A stretch of DNA of 64,000 bases from Octopus vulgaris (GCA_951406725.2 OX597833.1:48236001-48300000); one strand, 5' to 3'. Positions 25,718 through 39,684 are shown, numbered from the stretch's first letter. A program made the numbers and translations. Notes: generated by a model not told the origin, from the sequence alone.

Positions 25718-26765
25718 ATCACCCACCCACACACACATACACATACACATACTTTTGTTTCTGATAAGATCAGTCTAGTAGGAAGAAAAAGGACTCGTGA
25801 ATATAAAAGAGATTGTTTTAGACTGGTGTGATTGATGTGATGTTTTTGTTTGAAAATCAGCAGGAAAAACCTGAATGAGGAAAGGTATTCTCTTATTTAA
25901 AGAAGCTAACAGAGAAAGAAAGAAAGAAAGAAAGAGCTAGAACAAAAGTGGCAGATTGATAAATTGCTTGAGAGATATTGTAACATAAAGAGAGGCAGAA
26001 AGAATAAAAGAGTCAAGAAAAAAAGAGAACAGGTTGTACCACAGTGAAAAGTAAATATGAGACTGAACTTATATGAGTTATATTTAAAGCTTGTGTGCTG
26101 ATCTTGAAAAATATGTGCAAATAATGGGTCCTTCAATAAATAATGAAAAATTTCATTCTTCTAAAAACTAGGTTTCTTCCCCAAAAAAAAATAGAGAGAG
26201 AGAGAGAGAGAGAGAAGCAATAGGTTTGTGCATGTAATAAAATAAAACCAGTTTTTTCTGAAATTGTGACTAAGACAATATTTCTTATTAGTTGAAATTG
26301 TAGCAAAGAATAAGATATATATATATACACACACACATACTCTTTTACTCTTTCACTTGTTTCAGTCATTTGACTGCGGCCATGCTGGAGCACCGCCTTT
26401 AATTGAGCAACTCGACCCCGGGACTTATTCTTTGTAAGCCCAGTACTTATTCTATCGGCCTCTTTTGCCGAACCGCTAAGTGACGGGGACATAAACACAC
26501 CAGCATTGGTTGTCAAGCAATGCTAGGGGGACAAACACACACACACACATATATATATATATACATACATATATATGACGGGCTTCTTTCAGTTTCCATC
26601 TACCAAATCCACTCACAAGGCTTTGGTTGGCCCGAGGCTATAGTAGAAGACACTTGCCCAAGGTGCCACGCAGTAGGACTGAACCCGGAACCATGTGGTT
26701 GGTAAACAAGCTACTTACCACACAGCCACTCCTGTGCCTATACAAATTTGTATATATACACGTAC

Positions 26766-26819
<54 letters not shown>

Positions 26820-27433
26820 CTATACATATATACATATACATATATACATATACTTCTATACATATATTTATATACATATACATATATACATATACATATA
26901 CATATACTACATATATACATATACATATATATATATATATATATATACATATATATACATATATATATATACATATATATATATTTATATATATCTCTGG
27001 AGATATGCTGTGACTGCGAAGACCCGACAAATAACGTGAGTTCATGGCTAATTCCTGCACCACCAAATAATGTGACATCATGACTGTTTCCTGTACCAGC
27101 TTCACATAGCAGCCCCAGCCCATCCAAAGTTCCTTGGATCGCAGGATGGCCTGCTGTGCTTACCTTGGATTGTAGGGTGACCTGCTGTGCTTGAGGAGAC
27201 CTATTGAGTCAAGTTGCCAGCCTCCCCTGGCACTTGTGCCGGTGGCATGTAAAAAGCACCCACTAGACTCACAGAATGGTTGGCGTTAGGAAGGGCATCC
27301 AGCTGTAGAAACACTGCCAGATCATACTGGAGCCTGGTGCAGCCTCCTGGCTTCCCAGACCCCGGTCAAACCGTCCAACCCATGCTAGCATGGAAAACAG
27401 ACGTTAAACGATGATGATGATTATATATATATA

Positions 27434-27950
27434 CTAGCAGTATCGCCCGGCGTTGCTCGGGTTTGTAAGGGAAATAACTATATAAGCATTTTTAGAGAGT
27501 TACTTCCTTTATAGATGCCAATTCGGGCTTTCTTAGCCATTTCTGTTTTGGTGTCTTCAAGCCGTGAAGTCGTTGTTGTAAAAGAACGCTGGTCTCCTTG
27601 ACAATGCATTACGACGTTGATTTCCTTAAACTCCCTTCCCCACAGCTTCACGAGGGAGGGAAGAAGGGGGAGAAGCAAACACAGGTGCAGGTGTTTGAGC
27701 GTGGACGCCAACTCCGCCGCCATCGACACACGAAAAATTATGCATTAAAATGGAATAAAAAATGATGTTAAATTATTTTTAAAATCATAGACTCATCGTA
27801 GACGCGCGCTAATAGCCAGACGGGCTTGATATTAATCACGACTATAAGATACCCGAATTTGGTTAAACTGCACCGCAAAATGTGGGAGGAGTTAGGAATC
27901 TAAATCGTAGGAGACAGACACTCACACAACTACAGTTTTATATATATAGA
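27434..27950 (-). mobile_element. Non-autonomous Helitron
   Basis: 5' TC, 3' CTAG with CCCGAGCAACGCCGGG hairpin; the same 3' end occurs at 53884 and 59643. Confidence 0.8.
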
Positions 27951-28190
27951 TATACACACACACACACATATATGCATACATATATATACATATACAAAGT
28001 TAAGTATACAGTAGTAGGTAATTTCAAAGGTAAAACCTTTATATATAAAAAGCAATGAGAAATGGAGCAATAATAACAGGTAATAACAAATAGATCACAG
28101 GTGTCTTAAAGTCGTTTAATAGCGTTATTAAATGACTTTAAAACACTATTGATCTGCTTCTAACTGTTATTATTGCTCCATTTCTTATTG

Positions 28191-28229
<39 letters not shown>

Positions 28230-28569
28230 AGCGGCGAGCTGGCAGAAACGTTAGCATGCTGCATGAAATGCGTAGCCATATTTCGTTTGTCGTACATTCT
28301 GAGTTCAAATTCCATTGAGGTCAACTTTGCCTTTCATCCTTTCGGGGTCGATAAATTAAGTACTAGTTACGCACTGTGGTCGATGTAATCGACTTAATCC
28401 CTTTGTCTGTCCTTGTTTGTCCTCTCTGTGTTTAGCCCCTTGTGGGTAGTAAAGAAATATATATATATATATATATATATATTGATTTGGTTTGATTTGA
28501 TCTAGTTTCAGCTGTGGCCATGCTGGGCCACTGCCATTTGGTATTGTTACATAATGTTACTTCACTAAT

Positions 28570-28965
28570 GCTCTTTAGAAATTGACATTTGGTGCATGAG
28601 GCACTTTGATGCTGCTGCCCTCATCTGTACCTACTGCTGTGAAGTTGGCTCATCTGGGACACTTGACAGTAAGAGGTCCAGTTTCATTTTGAAGACACCT
28701 ACATCCGCCCCATGCAGGTCTCTCAGGTCCTTTGGGATGATATTGAAGAGCTGTGGTACTCTGAAGCCCAGGCTCTTACAGTATCTTGTCCTATATCTTG
28801 ACTGTAAATTTGGAGTCCTTGGCACTATGCTGTGGTGCCCAGTTCTAGTATTTGTGTAACTCTCGATGCTAAAGTTTGGGACAAGTCCCTCCAGGATCTT
28901 CCAGATTTTATATTATGGCATATCTTTCTTGCCTACACTCCAAGGAATAGAGTCTTAATCTCCTG
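28570..28965 (-). mobile_element. CR1/L2-group LINE 3' fragment
   Basis: RLRLYSLE..ERYAII.IWKILEGLVPN and PQLFNIIPKDLRDL..FKMKLDLLLSSVPDEP. Confidence 0.75.
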
Positions 28966-29343
28966 ATACAAGTAACTAAAGAGTTTTAAAAAATTGTTGA
29001 AAAGGCGCCAATTTTGAAAAATGTGCTTGTGGAGAGCAGTCGCTCCTCTTGCTCTCCTATTAGCTAGGTCACTGAGTGTAGTGAAATCACTGGCAGGCCA
29101 AGAGAAAAGGGAAACTTTGTATGTGGTAGATACGCATAGGAGATAAACACTAAGAACACACGTGGAGCAGATTGTCTCTATGTCTGGAAGGTTTCCTATA
29201 AGTAGTCAATAGCTTCTGTTTCCAAAGTGATATAATTAACAGTGAATGTTCTGAAAGCAGGGAAAGAATTGTTGGCAAAAAGTTCAGTGAACTACAACCA
29301 CTGCTGGTGTCAAAGGTAGTTTTTCAGAGTGAGGAGCAGACGG

Positions 29344-29755
29344 GGATCTTTTCGGTTTGAACAGCAGTTTTTAACAATTTCTAGGTAACTAAAAAATTTT
29401 AAACTTCGTATACTGGTAGAATGTGTTTATAAAACATCTTTTTCTCTTGGCTTTATTGAGAAAATTCTATAGTTTGTAAGTTATTTGTTGTTTTTTTCTT
29501 CAATTTCTGCAATTTCAACCAACCACTGACGTCTATTGAGGTAAAAAAAAAACATTCTGTGCCGTATGAATATGTCCCTCGTTTAAGAAACAGATTGGGT
29601 TTATTTACATTTGTGAAGAAAAAAAGATACCCTTCACCCCACCCCTAACCCTAAAACAGATTGAAATGCAATAGATCGATACTAGGGTCATAATTATGGG
29701 TGACAATTTCATATGACACCGCCAGAAAAAACTGCCGTTCAAACCGAAAAGATCC
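29344..29755. mobile_element. Merlin-like MITE inserted in a decayed RTE fragment (~29100-30170)
   Basis: TIR GGATCTTTTCGGTTTGAAC; TSD GCAGA(C/T)GG. The host carries LVHGSEKWALN. Confidence 0.85.
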
Positions 29756-30309
29756 GCAGATGGTATGGTGATTGTCTTCGAACTGCTTTAGTACATGGTA
29801 GTGAGAAGTGGGCCTTGAATGGATAGGGATTGCAAAAGAGAGAAAGACATGTAGCGAGTATGCTCCATGAGACGTGAATTGTTAGTGTATATAAGAACTG
29901 AGAAAAAAAGTAAAACAAAAAAACGTACAAGCAAAAAAAATGGGTTCACGAGGAATCAGATGTAGAGTGTATGACAGAAAACTGCAGTATGCAGTATGGA
30001 ATAGACTGCAGTATGTTTTCAGGATGGCATAAGGCAGTGTTGAGTACTCAAAGTGAATGGTATGCATGGAAGGCTGAGGCTGAGGTGGATTTAAGACAAA
30101 ATAGTGAAAGCCGAGCCTTAGATGTATCTCACGTAGGAGACGACAAAGGACTGTGGATTGATCAGGTGTACATATCTGACTTTTCAGTGATCCGCGACAT
30201 CGTATATAGCAAACATATATACACGTACATACACACACGCACATCTATCAGGCTATTCACTATAACATTCTACCACTTGAAATGAGAGGTCTGTCCATAT
30301 TCATTTCTC

Positions 30310-31084
30310 GGATCTTTTCCTTTTGAACGGTACTTTTCAACACAATTTCTAGTTAACTAAACACTTTTAAACTTCGTTTACTGGTAGAATGTGTCAAAAT
30401 AAAACATTTTTTTCTCTTGGCTTTCTTGAGAAAATTGTAATTTGTTTAACGTAGTTTAATTTTTCGAATTTTAACCAATCCTATGCCCTCTATTTAGCTA
30501 AAATCATTTGCTGCGTCTAAAACAGACAACATCCTGTCACTAACCCCAATCCCCACCCTAACCCTAAATTTTAGCCTTTCGTTTTTTTTTTAATTGTTAA
30601 ATTAATTTAAGGATAACAATTAAGAAAAAAAAAACGAAAGGCTAAAACGAAAGCAATGGAAAATAATTTTAATTTAACAATTAAGAAAAAAAAACTAAAG
30701 GCAAACGAAAGCAAAAACTCAAAACAAAAACAAAACGAATAATTTTAGACACACGTGTAACAATTAAATTAATTTAACAATTAAGAAAAAAAAAACAAAA
30801 GGCTAAAATTTAGGGTTAGGGTTAGGGTTAGAGTTAGAGTTAGGGTTAGTGACAGGATGTTGTCTCAGTTTTAGACGCAGCAAATGATTTTAGCTCAAAA
30901 TAGGCCATACGATTGGTTAAAATTCGAAAAATTAAACTACGTTAAACAAACAAATTACAACTTTCTCAAGAAAGCCAAGAGAAAAAATGTTTTATTTTGA
31001 CACACTCTACCAGTATACGAAGTTTAAAAGTGTTTAGTTAACTAGAAATTGTGTTGAAAAGTGCCGTTCAAAAGGAAAAGATCC
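30310..31084. mobile_element. Merlin-like MITE, foldback variant with TTAGGG repeats
   Basis: TSD CATTTCTC; long inverted arms; (TTAGGG/TTAGAG)n at ~30809-30849. Confidence 0.85.
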
Positions 31085-31732
31085 CATTTCTCTCCTATGA
31101 CATGTTATCTCGCCACTCCTCTCAGCTCCCCAATTACTAATACTTGAGTAACAAGGGATTGCGTTGGATTTTCTGACTTCTCTCCCTTTTCCTCTCATAT
31201 AACAGCCTTACTCAGTCCCTCCCTTTCTCTCTCTCTCTCATCACTTTGCTTTTCATTCTTTTGGGATTGATAAAATAAAGTTCCACTCAAGTACTGGGGA
31301 CAATGCAATCGACAAATACCAACACTCCTTAAAACCACTCGCTTTGTGCATAAACTAGAAACAATTAATACGTCGGCTGCCCATTTTCATAACTGCATTT
31401 TCCTCAACACTGACCTAACAATTGCTGAGATAAGAGCTTTATTCGTCGCAGTATAAAAAGAACCTGCTCCTTATGAGGGCAAAAAAACTTCTTGTTTTTT
31501 TACTTACATTGCAGGTGATAGTGGCAGCTGGTATTTTTCAGTTTGAGAAGAGATGGTCTAACACTGACAATAATGAGAGAAAGAGGGAGATGTCCAAATA
31601 ACATTAAGGTCCTGCATCTGATCTGATAATCCTTCTTTTTTCTCTTCTACTAATACATAGCTGGTAGAAGAGAGAAAAGGATTAGTTATCAGATTTGGTG
31701 TAGCTGCCCTTAATGTCTCTGCCACTGAGTTG

Positions 31733-32459
31733 GGAACTTTTCGGTTTGAACGGCAGTTTTTAAAAATAATTTCCACGTAACTAAACACTTTTAAACTTCG
31801 TATACTGGTAGAATGTGTTTATAAAACATCTTTTTCTCTTGGCTTTATTGAGAAAATTCTGTTGTTTGTAAGATATTTGTAAGATATTTTCTTCAACTTT
31901 GGTAATTTCAACCAATCAATGACATCTATTGAGGTGAAAGCATTATCTGCGGTAAAATTTTCTGGCAGTGAAATATAAAAATGTCCCTCGTTTAAGAAGC
32001 AGATTGGGTTTATTTACATTTCTGAAGAAAAAAAGATACCCTAACCCAAACCCTAACCCTAAAACAGATTGAAATGCAATAGTTCAATACTAGGGTCATA
32101 ATTATGGGTGGACACTAAAGAGGGAACGGTTTTGTTATCCAGCTTTGTTTACGAGTGACCCCTCTGTTTATGGCCACAGGGTATCTTTTTTCTCATAAAA
32201 AACAGGGACATTTTCATATGACCCCGCCAGTAAATGTTACGGCAGTAATCGTTTTCACCTCAATAGGCGTCATTGATTGGTTGAAATTGCCGAAATGCAA
32301 GAAATTAAAGACCAAATATCTTACAAACTATAGAATTTTCTCAATAAAGCCAAGAGAAAAAGATGTTTTATAAACACATTCTACCAGTATACGAAGTTTA
32401 AAATTTTTTAGTTACCTAGAAATTATTTTAAAAGACTGCCGTTCAAACCGACAAGATCC
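31733..32459. mobile_element. Merlin-like MITE
   Basis: TIRs present; TSD CTGAG(T/C)TG. Confidence 0.85.
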
Positions 32460-33260
32460 CTGAGCTGTTAGTCACTACACCCACTCATCTCTCAAAGGCC
32501 ACCCATTACTGACATCCAGTCTCTTACCACTGACCATTCAATATCTGTCTGTCACTCCCCCACTACTCTCGGTAGAGACAACTATGTCTCTCAATATACT
32601 CTAACCATTTCAGACTTTCTTCCACAGCTACTTACAGCACTGTCATTCTTAATTTCTATTTCTTTTCATACCGTCACCTCAATCACTCTGTCACGCCCAC
32701 CACACTCTCCCTTCCTTCTCCCTTCTTCCTCTCTTCTGCCATTGTTTTACTTTATGTAGTCATTCTAGTTTTGACCCATTATATTGGTCTCATATAAGCT
32801 TGAGGTCTCCCTTTTGTCTTGCAGTGTCAACCTCACTAGTGCTGATGCAATGATAAAACGTAAACAGTACACTATAAAGTATTTCGCACTCCTTAAAGTA
32901 AATATCTAGTGTTTGAGTCATGATAAAATGCACTCAGCACTCTCTATAAGGTGGGTGGTTGCAGGAAGGGCATCTAGCTATGAAGAGCATCAAGCTATGA
33001 GAAAGAAAGGGTAGACTAGGTTTCCCCACTAATCACACACACACGGAAATACGTGTTTGTCTTTGTGTTTTATCTTCGATTATGGAGCCAGTTTATAATA
33101 TCTGGTCTCATGTGAACCAAGCTATATATTCTATAGTTTGTAAGATATTTGGTCTTTAATTTCTTGCATTTCAACCAATCAATGACGCCTATATCTAATA
33201 CAATTGTTTGTTTGTATTCCACCTGCCTTCGTCTTTTGTTTATTTTCATAAAGCTTCCCG

Positions 33261-33313
<53 letters not shown>

Positions 33314-33698
33314 CGCAGGAGTGGTAAGTAGCTTGCTTAACAACCACGTAGTTCCGGGTTCAGTCCCACTGCGTGGCACCTTGGGCAAGTGTCTTCTTCT
33401 ATAGCCTCGGGCCGACCAAAGCCTTGTGAGTGGATTAGGTAGACGGAAACTGAAAGAAACCCGTCGTATATATGAATATATATATGTATGTATGTGTGTA
33501 TATGTTTGTTCACCCCCTCACAATCGCTTGACAACCGATGGTGGTGTGTTTACGTCCCCGTAACTTAGCGGTTCGGCAAAAGACACCGATAGAATAAATA
33601 CTAGGCTTACAAAGAATAAGTCCTGGGGTCGATTTTTTCGACTAAAGGCAGTGCTCCAGCATGGCTGCAGTCAAATGACTGAAACAAGTAAAAGACTA

Positions 33699-33750
<52 letters not shown>

Positions 33751-33754
<4 letters not shown>

Positions 33755-34051
33755 AAATTAGAAAATGGAGAAACATACTTAAATCAATCAAACATCAACC
33801 ATCAGATGATACCCAAACAATACTTTATTACACCATTACATAACAGTAAAGGCATTATACAAAATATATTGTAAATATAATTAGACAAGGAAATAGAAAT
33901 ATAAAATATTTCCTTGTCTAATTATATTTACAATATATTTTGTATAATGCCTTTACTGTTATGTAATGATGTAATAAAGTATTGTTTGGGTATCATCTGA
34001 TGGTTGATGTTTGATTGATTTAAGTATGTTTCTCCATTTTCTAATTTTGTA
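33751..34051. repeat. Near-perfect 145-bp-arm palindrome next to (TA)n
   Basis: Arms 33751-33895 and 33907-34051; one mismatch seen. Confidence 0.92.
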
Positions 34052-34216
34052 GTATTAATTTACGGTAATATTTTTACCTTTGCCCATATAATACAGTAGA
34101 TGAACTAATTGCTTGGCAATTTTTAACATTTATGTATTAGTCTTGTTGGGTACCTCTCTAGCAGTATATTGGATATATGTTATCCCATGGTGGGTTGAAT
34201 TTTCAACCCCTATCTC

Positions 34217-34279
<63 letters not shown>

Positions 34280-35324
34280 AATAGTGGCAAAACAAGGCAC
34301 CAATGTTTGCTGGAAATAGCAGTCGATAACCGTACGATGCTGTGTAAAGCTTTATTGAATGTATATATATATATATAAGCAAAGATGTGTGCGGCGGCGA
34401 ACATAAAACATTTTCGAAGAGTGCCGGATAAGTGGACAAATAAATATGCTACTATTGTCTTATATTGCACATTCAGAATCTATAGGAAGTAACTATATCT
34501 TCGTAAATTTCTCAGGCACACATTAATTGAAGAATCACAACTCACATGTTCTATGAGAATATATCTATCTAGTTTTGATCCGAAACAAATACAATACACA
34601 CCTGTATTTCATGGTATATAAAACGCATTTTTCTTTAAAGAAAAAAAAAATGTGCCTCAAAAAAAAATCACCCTGAATCATATATGCAAGGTTTATTTAC
34701 TTTGCTAGGTAGTCGTTGTAGGATCGACTAGTCACGACTAGCTTAGCGCAGATGCGCGAGGTTACGAGTGCGCGCACCGGGACCACTCTTCTTAAATAGT
34801 ACCAAGTTTAACTTCCCACATAAAAAAAACTTTAATGCACTAAAAACATTTCCCTCTAAATATTCGCTGATGAAATTAGGTCGCGTCTCACGTACCAAGT
34901 GCATCTTTTATGTCATCAAAAAACAGTTCTGTATTACTAAAAATCTAGTCAAACTGATACAGTAAATAGTTTAAGTGTAAATCATTTTGTAAACATTGAG
35001 ATTTATCGGCGGTGGTTCGACGTATAGGACTTGTTGGGTGTAACCCATTCCAGACGTGTCAACTGTTCGCTATTGGAATGTACGTATAATCCAGTGCTTA
35101 GTACGAATTGTTAATTTTCTTGTTGATGAAACAATTAGAGCTATTGAAATAGGGATTGCTAAATTAACAAACCATTTTACGCTCTTGGCTGATGATTTAG
35201 TAGGCTATAGATATAGTAGGCGCAGGTTTGATTGCAAGGTTAAGACGTTTGATTCCCGGCCATGTGGTTCTGGGTTCAGTTTTACTGCGCAGCACCTTGG
35301 ACAAGTATGTTCTGCTCTAGGGCC

Positions 35325-35325
35325 G

Positions 35326-35356
<31 letters not shown>

Positions 35357-35768
35357 TGTACGTACGTACGTATGTATGTATGTAATGTACGTACGTACGT
35401 ATGTATGTATGTAATGTACGTACGTATGCAATGTACGTACGTACGTATGTAATGTACGTACGTATGTAATGTACGTACGTATGTAATGTACGTACGTAAT
35501 GTACGTACGTATGTAATGTACGTACGTATGTAATGTACGTACGTAATGTATGTATGTATGTATGTATGTATGTATGTATGTGTATGTATGTAATGTACGT
35601 ACGTACGTATGTATGTATGTAATGTACGTACGTACGTATGTATGTATGTAATGTACGTACGTATGCAATGTACGTACGTACGTATGTAATGTACGTACGT
35701 ATGTAATGTACGTACGTAATGTACGTACGTATGTAATGTACGTACGTATGTAATGTACGTACGTAATG

Positions 35769-35799
<31 letters not shown>

Positions 35800-35855
35800 T
35801 GTACGTACGTATGTATATGTGTATGTATGTATGTATGTAAGTATGTATGTATGCA
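35325..35855. repeat. (TATG/TACG/TAATG)n compound satellite with higher-order duplication
   Basis: Seen directly. Confidence 0.92.
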
Positions 35856-35862
35856 TGCTTAC

Positions 35863-36413
35863 CAGGGCCAGCCGTGAAATTTTTTCCCCACGAGAGTTCC
35901 GGACCCCAGTAATGAACTCATTTGCATACAGCCAATCAGAGCTCACCTTGACCATGTCAAGTTAACAAAGACACTCTACCAAGTGTACACAAGACGAAGA
36001 ACGGTGTTGTAAGTCGATTTTAGAATGACACAAGTAATTATTAGATAGATTTGTATCTATACCTATCATCGGATTTTGTTAAGGCCCCATATGGCAAAGA
36101 TATGGATAGGGAAAATGTAGGTAGAGGGTGATGTGCTAGCAACCCCCTCCCCTTACTGTTTTACAAAGTAGACAACACAAATAACTACGCAGAGGCAGTC
36201 ATGGTTGAAACAAGAACAAGAACAATAAAGCATTCTTAAAAGAGAAAAGAAGCCCGGCCATTCCTTACCCAAGTGACCTTGTCTTATCGCCCATCACTTG
36301 TTATGCGCTCATAAATTATCTTGATAGTTGAGCTCTGATTGGCTGTATGCAAATGTTTTAATAACTGGGACCCGGAACTCTCGTGGGAAAAAAGTTCGCG
36401 ACCCGGACACTTG
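35863..36413. mobile_element. Non-autonomous DNA element with ~85-bp TIRs containing octamer and CCAAT motifs
   Basis: ..CCCACGAGAGTTCCGG..CATTTGCATACAGCCAATCAGAGCTCA is inverted at 36329-36413. Confidence 0.7.
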
Positions 36414-37184
36414 TACAAGGTACTACGCAGTGGAACTGAAGTTGAAATCATGCGGTTGCAATACAAACTTCTTAAACAGCCCTGCTGCACCTAATTTAAG
36501 GTACTTTTTTTAGACACAAAAAGATCCTATTTATAGCATATGTTACAGACCCGTGGACTAGATTAACCCTGCCCCAATTCCATTTCACTTATGCTACCTC
36601 GAAAAAGGCATGAGAACTACATAATTCCATCATCCTATAAATTTGTGAGAAACGATCATCATTATTTAACGTATTTGTTTCCGTGCTTGCATGGGTCAGA
36701 CGGAATTCGTTGAAGCAGATTTTCTACGGCCGGATGTTCTTCTTGTGACCAACGCTCGTCTATTTTCAAGCAAGATTAAAAAGGGAAACCCCGCTTGTGT
36801 GACAGTAGGATTATTTACATCCATCACCTAATGTCTAGACAAAAATACACTGAGTACACACACACACACACGGAGCCTCGCGGAGCTTAGGTATTTTTGC
36901 TCAATAAACACTCTCAACGCCCGGACTGGGAATCGAAACCTACATAAATAATTGTAATAATAGTAATAATAATATTAATAATAATCTGGAATAGAATGCC
37001 CGGCAGAGATCCTACAGAAAGTTTGTCTCTGAGGGGCAGCAAGGATTATCAGGTGAGTTCTAAGCGCTTGAAAGACTGCTGAAAACTTGTGGATACTTAA
37101 GGTTACTAGTAGTAACTTGCTATCCACATAATTCCTACCAGGAATAAGACCGAAGCCGAGCCAAGGCTGGATATAGTTGTCAGA

Positions 37185-38300
37185 GATCACCAAGAAAAAA
37201 TGCTTTCTAATTGATGTATCAATATCAACAGATGGCAACGTTTCTCTAAAAGAAATGGAGAAACTATCAAAATACAAAGATCTGGAAATAGAGGTAACTC
37301 GAATGTGGAGTCTAAAAACAAAAACAATTCCTATCATAATAGGCGCATTAGATATGATGAAAAGCATTTAGACCGATACATAACAAAAACACAAGGACTT
37401 ACAAGTATATATAGCATACAGGAAATAGCGCTACGGATCTTTTCGGTTTGAACGGCAGTTTTTAACATATAGGTAACTAAAAAAATTTAAACTTCGTATA
37501 CGGGTAGAATGTGTTTATAAAACATCTTTTTCTCTTGGCTTTATTGAGAAAATTCTATAGTTTGTAAGATATTTAGTTAGTTAGTTAGTTTAATTTTTTG
37601 GCTCAAAAAGCAAAAACCAAGGCCATGTAGGGGGACGTGGAGTTATGTACAGAGTGGTGTTCATGTAAAGAGTTCAGGCCACTTGAGGTCAAGGGAGACT
37701 TTGAACAAAGCGGTCGTCGGCATCTTCACCATCTCGTCTGGCAGCTTGTTCCACGGAATCCGCAACCCGGACGGAGAAAGCCCCTCTCCTTCGATTGAGA
37801 TGAAATCGTCGCAGATAGAGCTTCGATTGGATCTTTTCGGTTTGAACGGGAGTTTTTTTCTAGCGGTGTCATATGAAATTGTCACCCATAATTATGACCC
37901 TAGTATCGATCTATTGCATTTCAATCTATTTTAGGATTAGGGTTAGAGTTAGGGTTAGGGGTGGAGGAAGGGTAACTTTTTTTCTTCACAAATGTAAACA
38001 AACCCAATCTGTTTCTTAAACGAGGGACATTTTCATACAGCACAGAATGTTTTCACCTCAATAGACGGTCATTGAGTGGTTGAAATTGCAGAAATTGAAG
38101 AAAAAACAACAACAAATCGAAGGGATCTTTTCTTTTTGAAGGCCAGATTTTCCTAACGCTACTAAGCACCGCACACATCCTACGTAAAACACTCTAAATA
38201 CTGTGAAAATAAGAGTATCACAACAAACCACAGCTTATACCCAAGGCATACAGAACTGCGCTGGGTAGTGCAGTGAAAGCACGTGATAAAAATAAGACTA
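37185..38300 (+). mobile_element. R4/Dong-like non-LTR retrotransposon 3' fragment (restriction-like endonuclease), split by a rearranged Merlin-like MITE (37435-~38153) that itself contains a CR1-like piece (~37600-37760)
   Basis: CFLIDVSISTDGNVSLKEMEKLSKYKDLEIEVTRMWSLKTKTIPIIIGALD, then QEIAL|LSTAHILR resumes after the insertion. Confidence 0.8.
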
Positions 38301-39279
38301 CTAAATAACAACAACAACAATAACCGGGCACTGGCTCTCAGGGCTTCTGATCTTAGCTGATTGGAAGTATTATCACGTACATGTTTTGTCTTTGTGTAGA
38401 AGATGGGCTACAGCAAATACTATATTCTGCTCAATACCACAGATTTGCTTGTCAGTTGTTTGGCCTTAACCAGTTGAGCATGTCCCTTGGTGGCTGACGA
38501 TATGTGCATCTCTGATCACGGGCAGAAGTAGCGGGGAAGCGTCATAGCCGTGTGCTGAGAGGGATTCTTTGGGGTTTAGGCGTAGGAGTGGCTGTGTGGT
38601 AAGTAGCTTGCTTACCAACCACATGGTTCCGGGTTCAGTCCCACTGCGTGGCACCTTGGATAAGTGTCTTCTACTGTAGCCTCAGGCCGACCAATGCCTT
38701 GTGAGTGGATTTGGTAGACGGAAACTGAAAGAAGCCCGTCATATATATGTATATATATGTATGTGTGTGTGTGTGTGTATGTTTGTGTGTCTGTGTTTGT
38801 CCCTCCCCCAACATCGCTTGACAACCGATGCCGGTGTGTTTACGTCCCCGTAACTTAGCGGTTCGGCAAAAGAGACCGATAGAATAAGTACTAGGTTTAC
38901 AAAGAATAAGTCCTGGGGTCGATTTGCTCGACTAAAGGCGGTGCTCCAGCATGGCCGCAGTCAAATGACTGAAAAAAGTAAAGAAAGAGATATAATTCAC
39001 TCCCGGAGACATGGGTATTTCGTTCAACATCCTTAAACAACCCTTATTCAGGGAGCTTTTGAGTAGAATGGACTACTTGACCTGAAGGAAGTTCTAACTG
39101 GGCCCCACCTGCGAGGTTCATACGCTGTTTATCTTGATACGAGATCAGCATGTCGCGCGCATATTGTTGCGATGCATATGCCTGGTGTTTCTTTATCAGA
39201 CGGGTAGTCATGATGGGTATATTGGGCTTCGTATATTTGTAACCCAGTGTCTCTTTGATGGCATGCGCTGCTTCCTCTC

Positions 39280-39316
<37 letters not shown>

Positions 39317-39619
39317 TGATTGCTACCTATCTCAGATACCAGGAAACCCCAAAATGGCAGAAATTCAAAAGATAGTGCTCATGGGAACTGCTCATATCCT
39401 ACGCAAAATACTTTCTATGTAATCTCAGGGTTTAAAACAAACATAATTATCGTTTTTTTTTTTGTACATTCACTAGTACAACACCCCAAAAAAAAGAAAA
39501 CCCAAATATATGGCACACTAGGCATAACAACAACATGAACTTCCAACCTGTTGTCTCTTGAGGTCTCTGGGTGAGACTTGGTGCCAACTTGTACAAATAT
39601 AACGCAAAAGTCAAACATA

Positions 39620-39682
<63 letters not shown>
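39317..39682 (+). mobile_element. R4/Dong-like 3' end plus UTR in (AAT)n. Related pieces at 36980-37120, 40720-41380, 42050-42230
   Basis: YLSQIPGNPKMAEIQKIVLMGTAHILRKILSM*; the UTR ends AAAGTCAAACATAG(AAT)n and the same UTR occurs at 42050-42230. Confidence 0.8.

Positions 39683-39684
<2 letters not shown>

Noticed and set aside
30809-30849. TTAGGG arrays as a true telomere or chromosome-fusion scar
   Set aside because: The arrays are short and always lie inside TSD-bounded MITE copies.
31508-31557. Exon-like TAG..GTAAGT segment on the minus strand in the long intron
   Set aside because: It is about 50 nt, would shift the frame and split PDZ1; probably cryptic.
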